Source: Squalus acanthias (Eukaryota). From it: a DNA stretch of 64,000 bases. Both the position numbers and the translations under genes were made by a program. Under the pieces are notes generated by a model that saw only the letters and a program-made list of their open reading frames with translations, did not search any database and was not told the DNA's origin. The stretch covers positions 102,488,001 to 102,552,000 of the forward strand of contig CM059432.1 of NCBI GenBank assembly GCA_030390025.1, in the 5' to 3' direction. This document shows positions 63,573 through 64,000 of this stretch, one piece after another (position 1 is the stretch's first letter; each line of letters begins with the position of its first letter).

Positions 63573-63980
63573 CCTTAAACATTCACTCCCTCCACCACCA
63601 GCGTACCGTGGCTGCAGTGTGTACCATCTATAAGATGCACTGCAGCAACTCGCCAAGGCTTCTTCGGCAGCACCTCCCAAACCCGCGACCTCTTACACCT
63701 AGAAGGACAAGGGCAGCAGGCGCATGGGAACACCACCACCTGCAAGTTCCCCTCCAAGTCACACACCATCCTGACTTAGAAGTATATCGCCGATCCTTCA
63801 TCGTCGCTGGGTCAAAATCCTGGAACTCCCTACCTAACAGCACTGTGGGAGTACCATCACCACACGGACTGCAGCAGTTCAAGAAGGCGGCTCACCACCA
63901 CCTACTCAAGGGCAACTAGGGATGGACAATAAATGCTGGCCTTGCCAGTGACGCCCTGATCCCATAAACGAAAAAAAAAA
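63573..63980 (+). mobile_element. LINE family B 3' fragment
   Basis: Same 3' end as 2570-2960 and 41017-41269, with a poly(A) tail. Confidence 0.88.
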
Positions 63981-64000
63981 TCCCTTTAAATAGCGCTGCT

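Larger units (their letters stand above)
31377..64000. mobile_element. PIF/Harbinger DNA transposon copy 2, heavily nested; right end lies beyond the window
   Basis: TIR-like GGCCTGAAAATTGG with subterminal similarity to copy 1. Myb gene at 41339-43891 and transposase fragments at 44048-63388. Confidence 0.65.

Overview
This 64-kb window is eukaryotic and almost entirely transposon-derived. I found no supported host gene. An HE1/V-SINE-like element and CR1 LINEs suggest a shark or other cartilaginous fish (inference). Two PIF/Harbinger DNA transposons (spliced Myb/SANT gene plus a convergent DDE transposase) form the scaffold for nested insertions. (1) A very young, almost intact 12.6-kb lokiretrovirus-like provirus lies at 11956-24569 (+). 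It has 1610-bp LTRs, a GGAA TSD, gag-UGA(CUAG)-pol readthrough, a tether plus second RNase H, and an env that joins an Ig-like domain to a paramyxo/pneumovirus-F-like fusogen. (2) A young pol-less relative lies at 53386-62809 (-). It keeps gag, the readthrough signal and env, but replaces pol in frame with a Gag-like coiled coil fused to the integrase C-terminal tail. (3) An internally deleted endogenous foamy-like virus lies at 44295-52703 (-), with two more LTRs of that family elsewhere in the window. All three proviruses sit inside Harbinger transposase ORFs. Also present: several CR1 LINEs, a second LINE family with a tRNA-like head and no ORF1, Penelope-like elements with hammerhead-like motifs, a SINE and Harbinger-type MITEs. 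All family assignments are by eye from motifs; no database searches were run.
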